Shown one piece after another: positions 1-10,768 of a stretch of DNA of 64,000 bases. Each line of letters opens with the position of its first letter. Within the stretch, counting starts at the first letter, position 1. The DNA comes from Callorhinchus milii. Lineage: Eukaryota. Both the position numbers and the translations under genes were made by a program. The stretch lies in contig NW_024704743.1 of NCBI RefSeq assembly GCF_018977255.1, positions 112,036,001 to 112,100,000 of the forward strand, written 5' to 3'. A model generated the notes under the pieces. That model was not told the DNA's origin. It saw only the letters and a program-made list of their open reading frames with translations, and searched no databases.

Positions 1-102
1 TTAGTTTAACCACAATTGCCAACAAGGTGAAAGTTGCCTTGCTGTCTTTCCAACTCAGGTTAATGATGGGAAAAAAAGTGAACTGGAGTGTTTGCAATAA
101 CA

Positions 103-215
103 TATATGTTCGCCCACAAAACACACAATGTACTTTACAATATATTGTGTGAAGCACTTTGGGCCATCCTCCCGACATAAAATGTACAATGTTATACCAA
201 ATGTAAGTATTATTC
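103..215 (+). mobile_element. SINE 3' fragment (Deu 3' part plus L2-type tail), old
   Basis: TTCGCCCACAAA...TACTTTACAA...GAAGCACTTTGGGCCATCCTCCCGACATAAAA...GTATTATT resembles the 3' end of the SINEs at 3857 and 27037. Confidence 0.7.
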
Positions 216-254
216 TACAGTTGGACAATTTTTAAAATGGATTCTTCTTTTTAG

Positions 255-377
255 AATCGTGATGCTGAAAGAAAACATCATAAAGAACAATATGGCAAGG
301 ACAAAGTTATTCGGTGGATGATATACGATTCATTTATTCCTGCAAAAGGAACCAAACGGGAATCTAAGATGTGCTGG
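255..377 (+). CDS. Candidate internal exon of an unidentified gene (NRDAERKHHKEQYGKDKVIRWMIYDSFIPAKGTKRESKMCW)
   Basis: Acceptor ttcttctttttag, 123-nt open frame, mediocre donor TGG/gtgaac. No homology recognised. Confidence 0.17.
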
Positions 378-1067
378 GTGAACAGTTTGGAACTTGTCCA
401 TTTTAATGTTGGAACACATTTGGAAGCTTTGTCTGTGTATTTATCTGCAGTAAGCTTAAGGATGTACAAATGAAGCTACATTACGATTGCCATCACTCCC
501 CAACAGCCAGCTCTCGGGCATATGTTGCACAGATTGTGACATTTGGAAACTCTTGCTGTTTGTGGAAATGTCCAGCGATTAAATATTGGCCATTTCTCTT
601 CAAATCTCTGAATCCCATTTGGCCCTGGAAAGGGTTCACTATCCACATGAGAGTGGGCAAAGTGATGTAATTTTGTCTAATCAGACACTATTCATTGTTG
701 CTTTCTTTGAGACTGATAAACGCATTGGAAGAAAGTCAATCCCCAGAACTACACAATGGGATCTTGCATTGTATGGGTCAACATTACAATGCAATCTAGC
801 AAATATTCTTCAAGGCTGAAGATGGACCTATTTAAATGAGTTCAGCCGTCACTGAAGGCATTTCTCAGGAGTATCCAGATAACATTTGACCTCTCAAAGA
901 CTGAGCGAAATTCACGTAAGGGTGACTGACTTCTGTCAAGGGGTAATTGAATTCAGTAATAACGTGGGCGAGGAAGATTAGGGAGGATTATATTCACGTA
1001 CGTGGACTGTGCCTTGGGACAAAGGTGCTGGACCTCATTTAATACATTTTTACTTTATTGTTCTCAG

Positions 1068-1121
1068 ATTGTACAGAGAGGATATCTGCTAGAATCTACT
1101 GGCGAGAGAAAAAAAACATAA
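1068..1121 (+). CDS. Candidate terminal coding exon (IVQRGYLLESTGERKKT*)
   Basis: Strong acceptor tttttactttattgttctcag, phase-0 compatible with 255-377, followed by about 2.7 kb of repeat-poor AT-rich UTR-like sequence. Protein not recognised. Confidence 0.17.
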   Translation: MVQRGYLLESTGERKKT

Positions 1122-1401
1122 GGCATCTCCTCATGTTGATGGGACCAGGAAACCTTGCATAAATTTGAACCTTTATGCAGCCTGTCTGTGTGTGTGTATA
1201 TATATAACATACATATATATAACATTATTTATGAATATGTATGCTGTCTAGTTTGATTTTCAACATTTTGTACAACTCTAATAGGATGCAAGCTTCATAC
1301 TGCAGATTCCCAATTCTCTAAAAGACTAATTATTGCACAGATCATTGCACAGTGGGCATGCATTTTTCAATGCCATCTTTTATTGTACTAATATGATCCC
1401 T

Positions 1402-1415
1402 GTTGCTATAGTAAC
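1402..1415. promoter_or_regulatory. RFX X-box-like motif
   Basis: GTTGCTATAGTAAC fits the palindromic RFX consensus GTNRCY-AT-RGYAAC except at the central dinucleotide. Confidence 0.3.
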
Positions 1416-3856
1416 AGTTTAAGCTATTGTAAGCTGTTACTATAATCTTGCTGCCTCCCCACAAGATGACATACCGTCTTAAATGCTGTTACAGTGGTAG
1501 CACACATTTGCAATGGGCACAGTTTGGATGTCTATTTAAGCAGCGTTAAACACAATGAATGCCTCTCTCCTCGAACGATTATTTTCAAATGACACTTCTT
1601 CTCAAAGAAGCTTTGCTTTTAAAAATTAAAATGATGATATCGCAGTATGAACATATGGATAGAAAATCATTTTTTGATAGTGTTTCTTTGCTACAAGCCA
1701 ATTTGTACAGCACATTTTTGAATGCAACTTAAGCACTTCAAAAAAACTGTGAATCCTTATGAACTGATGCCCTAATCAGCATACTCCCTAAGCTGCCTAG
1801 CAAATGATTAGATGTTTTTATCAGGCTTTGGCTGATTTTCACACCTTGGTTAGAATGTCACCTTGCACCTATATAAAGAGGATTATTTTATGCAATTATC
1901 TGTACATGTGTCTTCATCAGTCGTTTGGCATAATCATATCAAAGTATTCAGACTGCAATAAGAAAACATCAAGGCTATAGCACAAATATCATTAATTTAA
2001 TGGGATTTTCATTTCCAGAGGTCAAGGGTAAGGGATTAATTTCCGTTGTTTTATTGTATGCATAGCACAGTATATAGGGTCACCCAGTAATGCTTTCTTG
2101 AAAAATGCCAGTCAGTGTAATGAAAAAAGGGACCTTTACTTGAACTGAAGTCTACACAACATGAAATATATTCATGGTCTGCATGATTTAAAACATTTTG
2201 CAAAATATTTAATGTGTTTGCAGTGCTATCAAATGCATCCCATTTACTCTCCTTATATGAAACGTGCCAAATTGAATCTAATTGAACTCTAATCTGACAA
2301 CGAAGTGTTCTTGCGCCAGATTATTTTTGCCTTTATTGCACATTATGTTCCCAAACTCAAAACTAAAAGTGGAAAAGTCTCCCAACGATTTCAGAAACAC
2401 AGAAAATACAGGCCTGGAATCCCAACTTACCTTAGCCTTTTGTCTCAAAATTGAAGAGCTCGCACAATTGTGGAAAAATCTTAAAAACGTTTAAAAGGAA
2501 GCTTTCAAATTAAAGGTGCAGTTTAAGAATTTCTTTACATTTCCTTACAATCTTAAATATTAAGGCAGAAGTAGCCTCACAGACTAAGACAGGTCTCAAG
2601 TGTTTTTTGTTTATAGTATAAGTCGACTATCTCTCCAGGTGACTATAGATTTCCAACATTCTTTCTTGAGTGGGAAGGAGTCTTAATGCATCAGCAGTGA
2701 ATATTGGAGCACATCCTCACCTAATCTATTGTGTAATGCATGTATGTAAAACGATTTCAGAATTTAATGCACATTGTAGTCTATTAAGGATAGTTCACAC
2801 GTTCTCAGTACCATATTGTTGCATTTTGATTGTTGGGAAATAAATCTCTTGATGAATGAGAAAATACCAACAACTCAATGGAATGAATGTGGCTATAATG
2901 ATGATAGGACCCTTGATTATGGCCATTAGTAGCTCGGTAATGAAATAACTATTGAGCTGTGGCAGTTAAGCATGGTTTACGAATATAAGCTTTTACCACA
3001 CATTAATGCCTGGTCTGTCATCAAACAGAATCTTCAATTCAATAACCTACCTGCTAATAGAGAATAGTGGATATTTGGAGCAACACAACTGCAGTATGGT
3101 AATCATTGGCCTGAACTGTTAGAGCGTAGCCTATGCAATTTACAAATGTTAAATGAACCTCAAGATTGTATAGTACTCGGCTTCAGTTTCCTCCTGGTTT
3201 TACTGTTTCACAGAGTACTGGCTAAGATACTGGATTAATATTTCGTATTTTGTGTAGATGTGTCAGTTTAAAATCTGCGCTTCTCTCTACCTGGCTCTGC
3301 TTACTGCAGTGTGAACCGATATTAATAAAGGGCATTAGAGTCCTTAGGAGATGAAGGATTTAACCATCATTTAACAAGTAGGAGTGTATCAACAAAGAAT
3401 ATTAGCATGTTGGAAGAATGCACACAATGTCATGACTAGAGCAAAACCTGAGCAGCAGAATTCAAAACTGTATATTACAGCCACCCAAACTTCTAACTAC
3501 AAATTCGATACCCAATATACATTTTGAGTTGGTGAATGTAATACAATCACCTGCCATATCATTTTGGTCTGTTAGGTGTGAAATGCTCAATTCTGGAACT
3601 TAGATCACAAAGTGAAAGGGAACCTGTTCCAGAAGTAGCTTTATTATTGAATTACATTGTGTTGTACATATATATTTTTATTTGGTACTATATTATGAAT
3701 AATATTGTGGATTATATCCAGAGAGTGGAGTTAAATTTGCCAGTAATTAACTGGATATTTTTTCTTCATAAACATGCAATGGCTAACACACATTAATTAT
3801 CTTGTGCACAAAGAACATGGAAAACAGTGATATTTGCCATCTTCACTGGTGGCAAT

Positions 3857-4180
3857 TAATAATAATAATAATAATCCTTGCATTTGATATAGCGCTTTTC
3901 ATGTCGGGAGGACGTCCCAAAGCGCTTCACAGAACACACTGTAAAGTGAATTGACTGTATATTTGTGGGCGAACGCGGCAGCCAATTGCGCACAGCAATG
4001 TCCCACAAACAGTCGTAGATTGAAAATGACCAATTTATTATTGTTTTTGGTTTTGAAGGGATTATTATTAGGCTCCGTGTGGAGTAAGGAAACTTGCCCA
4101 AGGTTTCGCCCTGTCTGGAATTGAACTCAGGTCTCTTGCTTGCAAAGCGAGTGCTCTAACCGCTGAGCTACAGGACTCCA
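3857..4180 (-). mobile_element. Young full-length tRNA-derived SINE, family A short form (CmiSINE-like)
   Basis: Sense strand: GGAGTCCTG-TAGCTCAGCGG (A box)...GAGTTCAATTCC (B box), CCTTGGGCAAGT CORE-like start, Deu-type 3' segment, L2-type stem-loop and (ATT)n tail. Nearly identical to copies at 14941, 22726 and 37116. Confidence 0.95.
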
Positions 4181-4771
4181 CTTGGTAGGATAACTAACCC
4201 AAACAATTCATGTTGTATTGTCTCTCCTCCGCTCACCACCCCCCCACACCGCCACACCCCCACCCCAACAAAAGTGCAAGCAGAAGAATTTTTTAACTAC
4301 AAACAATAATAAAAAGAATTGAAGGCATCTAATCTGATCTCAAGATTCTGGATGGAGCTTCACTCTCACAGTACATGATATCATTTGAACTCGTCAATTA
4401 AGTTACTGCTTCTTAATCACTTCCAGGAATCATTATTATATACAGCAATGTTATTTCCCAGTGGTCTGTTGAAGATAACATTCCAGTAATCTCAAAGTGA
4501 CTTTATCACACATTGAATCATTCAGTTGTCCTCGCATTGACTGAATAGAGAATCTTGACCACCAGTGTCTGACACAACACTGCTTGCCAAATAAAACCCT
4601 CCTGTCACATGCCAATAACAGGTTGGCATGGAATGTCATGCTTAAAATAACTTCCAGCTGGATGTGTGGCAATGAATGTAATGCAAATAATATCATTTAG
4701 AGTTTCAGGAGACAATGAACAGATTGAACTTAATTCATGTGATTTATGCACTAATTGAACATTTTGACAAG

Positions 4772-5188
4772 ATTATTCTTCATATTAATATTTGCACTTA
4801 TCAAGTCATGTAGGCATCTCAAATTTCTTCACAAGGCGTAAATGATCTTATTTGTAAGCAAATGAGGCAGCCAAATTGTGCACAATAATATGCCACAAAC
4901 AACCATAAAGTAAATCATCAATTTTTACGGGGGCTTTGTTAGCCAGGAGAAACTCCCTTTTATTTTCAAACAGTGCCATGGGATATTTAATGTCCACCTG
5001 AACAAAAGACGAGAATCCGTCTTAAAATCTCATCCGAAAGACAGCACCTCTGACCATGTCACACTTTCCCCAGTATTGCATTGGAAGGTCAGCCTAGACT
5101 GTAGGAGCTCAACGTTCCAACAAAGGCCTTGAATCTACAACCTTCTGATTCAGAGGCGAAAATACCACCAACAGAGCCAGGCTGACCC
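4772..5188 (-). mobile_element. Deu-domain SINE (SacSINE1-like), family B, diverged near-full-length copy
   Basis: Sense GTCAGCCTGGCTC head, then GGTGCTGTCTTTCGGATGAGA, CAGGTGGACATTAAATATCCCATGGCACT and TTGGCTGC Deu motifs. Confidence 0.85.
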
Positions 5189-6310
5189 TGAACCTCTTTC
5201 CCAATAAGACACAAGCCTATTATTCATACACACCTTGTAACTGTTACGGAAAGGATGTCAACTGGTAAAGTTTACGTACCTTCTCAGTGTAATTGGTTCA
5301 AGACACAGGACACTGACTTGGGAAATAGTAGATTGTCAGCACCTTACAACTTCAGTGTAACCTGCTCTGTGAAAATAAAGGACCAGATATTACTGAGCTG
5401 GATGACATTTGTGCATGTTTTTCTTTACAAGATGAACTGTTACCCATATTCTTGTATTTCCGCTAATGCTCAACTTTCCTTTTTAAATGAGCTTAATATG
5501 CCTTCTGATGGGCTTGCAGTATCCCTTCTTTCTTCAGGATTCATTACCAGAGGACTGCTGTCCATTTGTCTCTGCACGAGGATTTCATTTACGAGTCGTA
5601 ACTGGGGTTGATTAAAATGACTGACGAAAATCAATATAAGCCAGTATGAACAAACCAGTGGTGATAAATGAGGCTGTATTGCAGCTTTGTTTCTAAAAGC
5701 TTTGCTTGAAACTTGAAAGCTTGAAAATCAACACTCTGGACACTATCCCATGTGAAGAGCCCTATGTAATATGCAAGTTATTGTTGTTAAGAAAGAGACT
5801 TCAAATCTAATGCTCTTTTATGACCTAAAAGTATCAGAAATTGTATACTTTTGGCTTTTGTTTGTGATATTATCTCAGGAATGTTGTGGCCTGGTTGCCA
5901 GAACTCTGTCAGAAAGAAATTGGTGACTGAAGAAGGGTGTGCGTGGATGAATCCGATGTTCAGGAAAGGGAGTATTTGGGAGTATTCATTTGACCATACT
6001 GTAAGTATTAACTAGGACTATGCAGTACAGAGGTTTGGGAGTACATGTCAGAAGGTAATGAGGAATTAAAACAGAGTTACACCAAATGGGAAAGTACAAA
6101 ACATTTGCCAAATCTGAAGTGTGACTGGGGGAGGCAGAGCACAAAACTTCGCAAAGTTTCAGTGATAAAACCTTTGGAGAATGAGCATGTGATACTGACT
6201 ATCAACATCTGCTGTAGGTGAGGGAAAGATCTCTGAGACATTGGAGGGTAGACCGCTGGGGCATTGGGCATAAACAGAGACAATGGAACTAATCGACAAA
6301 AGCAGTTGTA

Positions 6311-6590
6311 AATACAATACAGTATTACATTTGTATACTACCTTTCACGTCAGGAGGACATCCCAAAGCACTGAATAGTCAGGGATTTGGACCCGAGCAG
6401 GGGTAGGAGCATTGGGGTGAGGGAGGGTGGAGGGCAGGGAGGGTGGCTGAAGGCACGCTCGAAGTGGAGGGTCTTGAGCCAGGCCTTGAAGGAGGCAAGG
6501 GAGGGAGGGAGGCGAAAGGAATGTGGGATGGAGTTTCAAAAGGTGGGAGTGGAGAAGCTGAAGGCCTGACCACTGAAGGTGGGGTGTGCC
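6311..6590 (-). mobile_element. L2 LINE 3' end
   Basis: Antisense of the ORF2 C-terminus, pyrimidine-rich 3' UTR, GGGATGTCCTCCTGACGTGAAAGG stem-loop and (TGTAT)n-like tail. Homologous to 12000-12282. Confidence 0.9.
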
Positions 6591-7322
6591 GTGTTAGAGG
6601 ATTTAGATTTGAGCCAGCTGCCTTGATCTGTTCTATTAGGGGTTAAAAGTAAGGGCACAATAGTCATTATGAACAGTGATAGAGGTTACAGGCACAAGAG
6701 TATTAAGCCTGATTCCAGCACTGCTTTTAATGGACTTGGTTCACTAATTTGATGAGAACAGGACTAAATCACTGAACCTTTTATAATTCACTCTTTCCTA
6801 CTGTTAACAGCCATAATATTTCAACTCTATAGACAAGATCTAGTGAAGTGTTCAAGCAGTAAAATGGAAGAAAGTCACTCAAATCTCTGAGAATTTGAAC
6901 TTCAGAAACATCTAAAATCTAATGCTTATTTAATTGCTGGCTCGCAATAGTTTCTGGGTTATAATGATATTATCAGGTAGGTGTTATAGCCAACACAAAT
7001 TCAAGGAGCGCATTGTAATGACATCATTGGCTTAGCAACAGGTAATGATACATAAGGACACCAGCAGCTTTAGCAACAGGGAACAACTGTCAGATATTAT
7101 CTTGGCCATGAAACAAGCCTCACTGTAGACTGGCAGTAAGCCTACTTGTTATATTGTGCATTAACCCAGTCAGTGGACTGCAGTCAGAAGTTAATCAGCA
7201 ACTAGAGACAGAATAGGTCTTTGATGTGCCACTATTTTCATTTCTGTAATTTGTTGCCTGTATAATGGACCATTTCCACTGAGCATCACACAGTGATCAT
7301 ATGATTTAATCTAAACATACGG

Positions 7323-8255
7323 TACAATAAAACCTGTCTTAAAGACCACCTGTATAGACAATCAACCTGCTTGTACTGACCATGGGGGCAATTTTCTGGT
7401 TGTCAGCTAGTACCCACTAATAGAGGAATTGTTTGTGCAAGACGAAGAATTCGTTAACACCCAAGGACCACAGCCATTTCCGCAGAGCAGCCAGTGATGC
7501 CCACGGTTTGTGAGGTTTAGACTGGGAGCAATCAATGTAGAGGCACGATTGGCAGGTGCTAGCACCTTAACCACCAGAAAATGAGAGCCTTGACCTCTAT
7601 AAGCAACAAAGTACATTAGCTGCCGATTCAGACATGCTGATAGAAAACTTGAGCACCTTGGCTCAGCAACTGACCATGAAAAAAAGTTTTACTGATATTA
7701 TGTTGACCGTTATGAAAGATGTATTGGCCAGGAAAACAGCAGTATTTAGCTCAAGCATACACCACACTTTCCCAATCTACAAAAAAATAAATTAAAACAA
7801 TCTCCTTGAACCGTAGAACCTGGCAAGAAGTCAGGAAATGTCTCGTAATGCAAAAAAAAGCAACAAGTAGAAAGTGCTCTTTAACTGTGAGGCACGGAAG
7901 ACAACAGGTCAAAGTACACCTGGGTATATAAAGTGCTCAGGCTAAGCAAACAATAAGCTGATTTTAAATCATTTTTGCTTTTGTTCCTTCCGTTACATAA
8001 ATGTCTGCCTAAGCTATACAAATTCAGGTTCTGGAAATGGTTGCTGGTGTAACAAAAGGAGAAAGACAAGCTTTATTACGGCAGATAATTTATTATAGTC
8101 AGCAATTGTTATGTGTAAGTCTGTGTAAAAGTTTTTTATGGTATAAGGTTGTTACAATGGGTCCACATCCGTGCCTGTCATCAGCCAGACTAGAGCATGA
8201 GCTTTCTTGGTTTAGGATTGGAGATTTTTTCTAACTGAAAGTGGTCCTTAAGAAA
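7323..8255 (+). mobile_element. Decayed Tigger/pogo-like (Tc1/mariner) DNA transposon
   Basis: Left end TA-CAATAAAACCTGTCTTAAAGACCACC resembles pogo/Tigger TIRs. Partial inverse GTGGTCCTTAAGA lies near 8241. Broken frames give HTH/CENP-B-like pieces (DRYERCIGQ...KNKLK, KQQVESAL, KFRFWKWL). Confidence 0.4.
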
Positions 8256-8363
8256 TCTTAATAAGAGATATGGAATGATTGCAATGGTTAAAATTTATGA
8301 AGATGGGACGTAAACTTTAACTTATTTTTATTAGAGAAAGAATGGAGATGGAACATGATCCAG

Positions 8364-8850
8364 ATAGAAACATAGAAACAGGAGTAGGCCATTCAGCCCC
8401 TTGAGTCTTTTGCACATTCTATAAGATCATGGCTGATCTGTACCTAACCTCCAATTACCTGCCCTTGCCCCATATCCTTTGATACCCTGACCTAGCAAAT
8501 ACCTATCCACCTCAGTCTTGAAAACGTGTACAGATCAACCATCCACAGCCTTTTGGGGGAGAGAGTCCCAGATTTCCACTACCCATTGGGTGAAAAACTG
8601 CCTCCTAATTTCGCTCCTAAATGACCTAGGTCTAATTTTAAGATTATGCCTCCTTGTTCTGGATTCCCCTACCAGAGGAAATAGATTCTTGGTATCTACC
8701 CTATCGAATCCCTTCATTATTTTAAAAACCTTGATCAGATCACCCCTCAACCTTTTAAAATCAAGGGAATAGAGACCAAGTTTATGCAACCTGTCCTCAT
8801 AATTTAACCCTTTAAGCCCTGGTATCATTCTGGTGAATCTGCGCTACACT
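8364..8850 (-). mobile_element. CR1 LINE 3' fragment (RT C-terminus and 3' UTR)
   Basis: ORF 8535-8828 YEDRLHKLGLYSL...RLRGDLIKVFKIMKG...FFTQWVVEIWDSLP. 3' end GGGCTGAATGGCCTACTCCTG with (TTCTATGT) tail. Confidence 0.95.
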
Positions 8851-10494
8851 TTACAGTAGATCTTTTGACATGCTGACAGGAATGGATTCATGTAGATATA
8901 AGCAGATTGTTTGACTTTAATTAAACCATGCTGTAGAACACGAATGCAAAATTAATAAGCTTCAAGTGAAATGAGATTAGAATTGTTTTTTTCTATGGAT
9001 CAGTGAGTATGCTTATCAAAAATAGTTAATGCTATTACGATAAATGATGTTTATAAGGACAGTTGTTTGAATATTTATTAAGTAATGGAACTGAAGAGTT
9101 TGCAAACAAGCATTGATATAGAGTATTGTACACTTCACGCAACACAATGCTGCTCTTGTACTGGGATCTTGAATCCATCACTGTGAAATCACACCTATAT
9201 TATAATGACAGTTTGAAGATTAAGATTATCTTTGAGGTTTGGTATAGGGGGTAGGGGTGGGGGAGTGGGGGGCTTGCGGTGGTAAAAGCTTTCCTGGATA
9301 ACCAAATTTACATTTATGTAGCGCCTTTCCCATCAAGGGAGACGTTGCAGGACATTGGACAGTCCAGGGAGTGAACAGACTGAGGGTAGGAAGGATGAAG
9401 ATGATAATAAATCAGGCGACATTTTCCACAACATTATTTTCATGCAACTTTCCCAATAATAGTCATCTCCCTGAAGGAGCTGAGTGGGTTGGGAAGAGTC
9501 AATGACGGTGAAAAGTGAATATGGTCTGTTGGAAGGAGAGATCTTGAAGAGAGGATCAAATAATAATTTCTTGCTCTACAGTTTATTATGTTTAAGTAGA
9601 CACCTATGAGTTTGTCCTGGCTATTTAATCTTAGTTATTTATACAATTATTTGTATTCCATTTGTTATCATTACTATTGTTGTGGCCATGGGGATATTCC
9701 TCCTCTTTGGACTAAAACTAAAGAAAATTCTGCAGGTGAGCAGCACCAATAAACTATAATAACCTAACGTATGTGTCGAACACTCAATCATACCACTCAA
9801 ACCAAAAGGTTCTGCCACAGCAACACTCAGTACTCCTTTCTCATGCAAGTTTCTCACACACCAGTTTCTCTTTATAATAACCGTTTCTAAACAAATGAAT
9901 TAAAGCCAGAAGGAAACAAGTCAACAATCACCCAAGTCCAACAACCTAATAGCATATCAGCCAACAATAGTTTTAATTTAAATTATCCAGCATCAGCCAT
10001 TGTCCCTTGGCACAATAATGCTTTATTTTTGCCAAGACCTTTCTATTATCTACTGCTCCCTCTTTGGTATACTCTGTGTTCGTACCATCATTTGTGCCTC
10101 ACCAAAGCTTTGTGGTAAACTGTACCACTGCACCATATTAAAGCAGAGAAATGTGCTATACTGTAGAAGTATTGTTATTATTAGCTACGCACAAAATGCT
10201 TTCTGCTCAATTTCTCAGCACTTATTCTTGGACTTAATAAAACTTGATTCTACCTTTTCTTGTGTCCTTCAGAATGCCAAAAAGTAATAAAAATAAATGT
10301 TAAGAAAATGGACTCATGATAAAGGCTGAGGGATTCCTGGCTATGGTTGCTAGGAATTGAAGACAAGACCTTATATCAGTTCATTCTGATTTTGTCTTCC
10401 AACATAAATGACCTTACATAACTAGACTTTCAGACTATGAATTACAGTGTTGTTTGCCATGTCAGGTTACACTGCACAACTGAATAATGCTTGG

Positions 10495-10624
10495 ACAAAA
10501 TACAAAATACTGCAGATACTGGAAATCTGCAACAAAAACAGAAAGAGCTGCGAAAACTCAGCAGGTCAGGCAGCATCTATGGAGAAAGGAAAGTGAGTCA
10601 ACGTTTCGAGTCCACGACCCTTCG
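10495..10624 (-). mobile_element. Short Penelope-type element with minimal hammerhead ribozyme motif and 14-bp TSD
   Basis: Homologous to 22243-22377. Flanked by the exact direct repeat TGAATAATGCTTGG (10481-10494 and 10625-10638). Minus strand reads CGAAGGGTCGTGGACTCGAAACGTTGAC. Confidence 0.75.
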
Positions 10625-10768
10625 TGAATAATGCTTGGGTTTGGTACCTTCGCTGCATCTTTTAAATGGATTTTTTTTAACTCCATAATGATACATTTAC
10701 AACAACAAGGAGGGCAGTGACCAAAGGCACAGCTAAAGAAGAAGGTTCTTCAGGCAACTTTTGAAAAC

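Noticed and set aside
2431..2479. Isolated 49-nt minus-strand segment with good AG and gtaagt sites (FFHNCASSSILRQKAK)
   Set aside because: No neighbouring exon or homology supports it, and such pairs arise by chance in 64 kb.
3856..4101. Recurrent MGKFPYST... ORFs (also 22768, 37158)
   Set aside because: They are translations of the same non-coding SINE, and the frames diverge between copies through indels.
4105..4180. tRNA-like sequence (tRNA-Ala-like)
   Set aside because: The acceptor stem is not intact and it is always attached to the SINE body, so it is a SINE head and not a tRNA gene.
5927..5960. CTGAAGAAGGG (and TTGAAGAAGG near 55350) as further hammerheads
   Set aside because: There is no helix II closure or downstream GAAA-UH core.
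9247..9272. G-quadruplex-capable G runs (also 57355-57396)
   Set aside because: These are simple low-complexity tracts. The second is the C-rich L2 3' UTR linker, and nothing indicates function.
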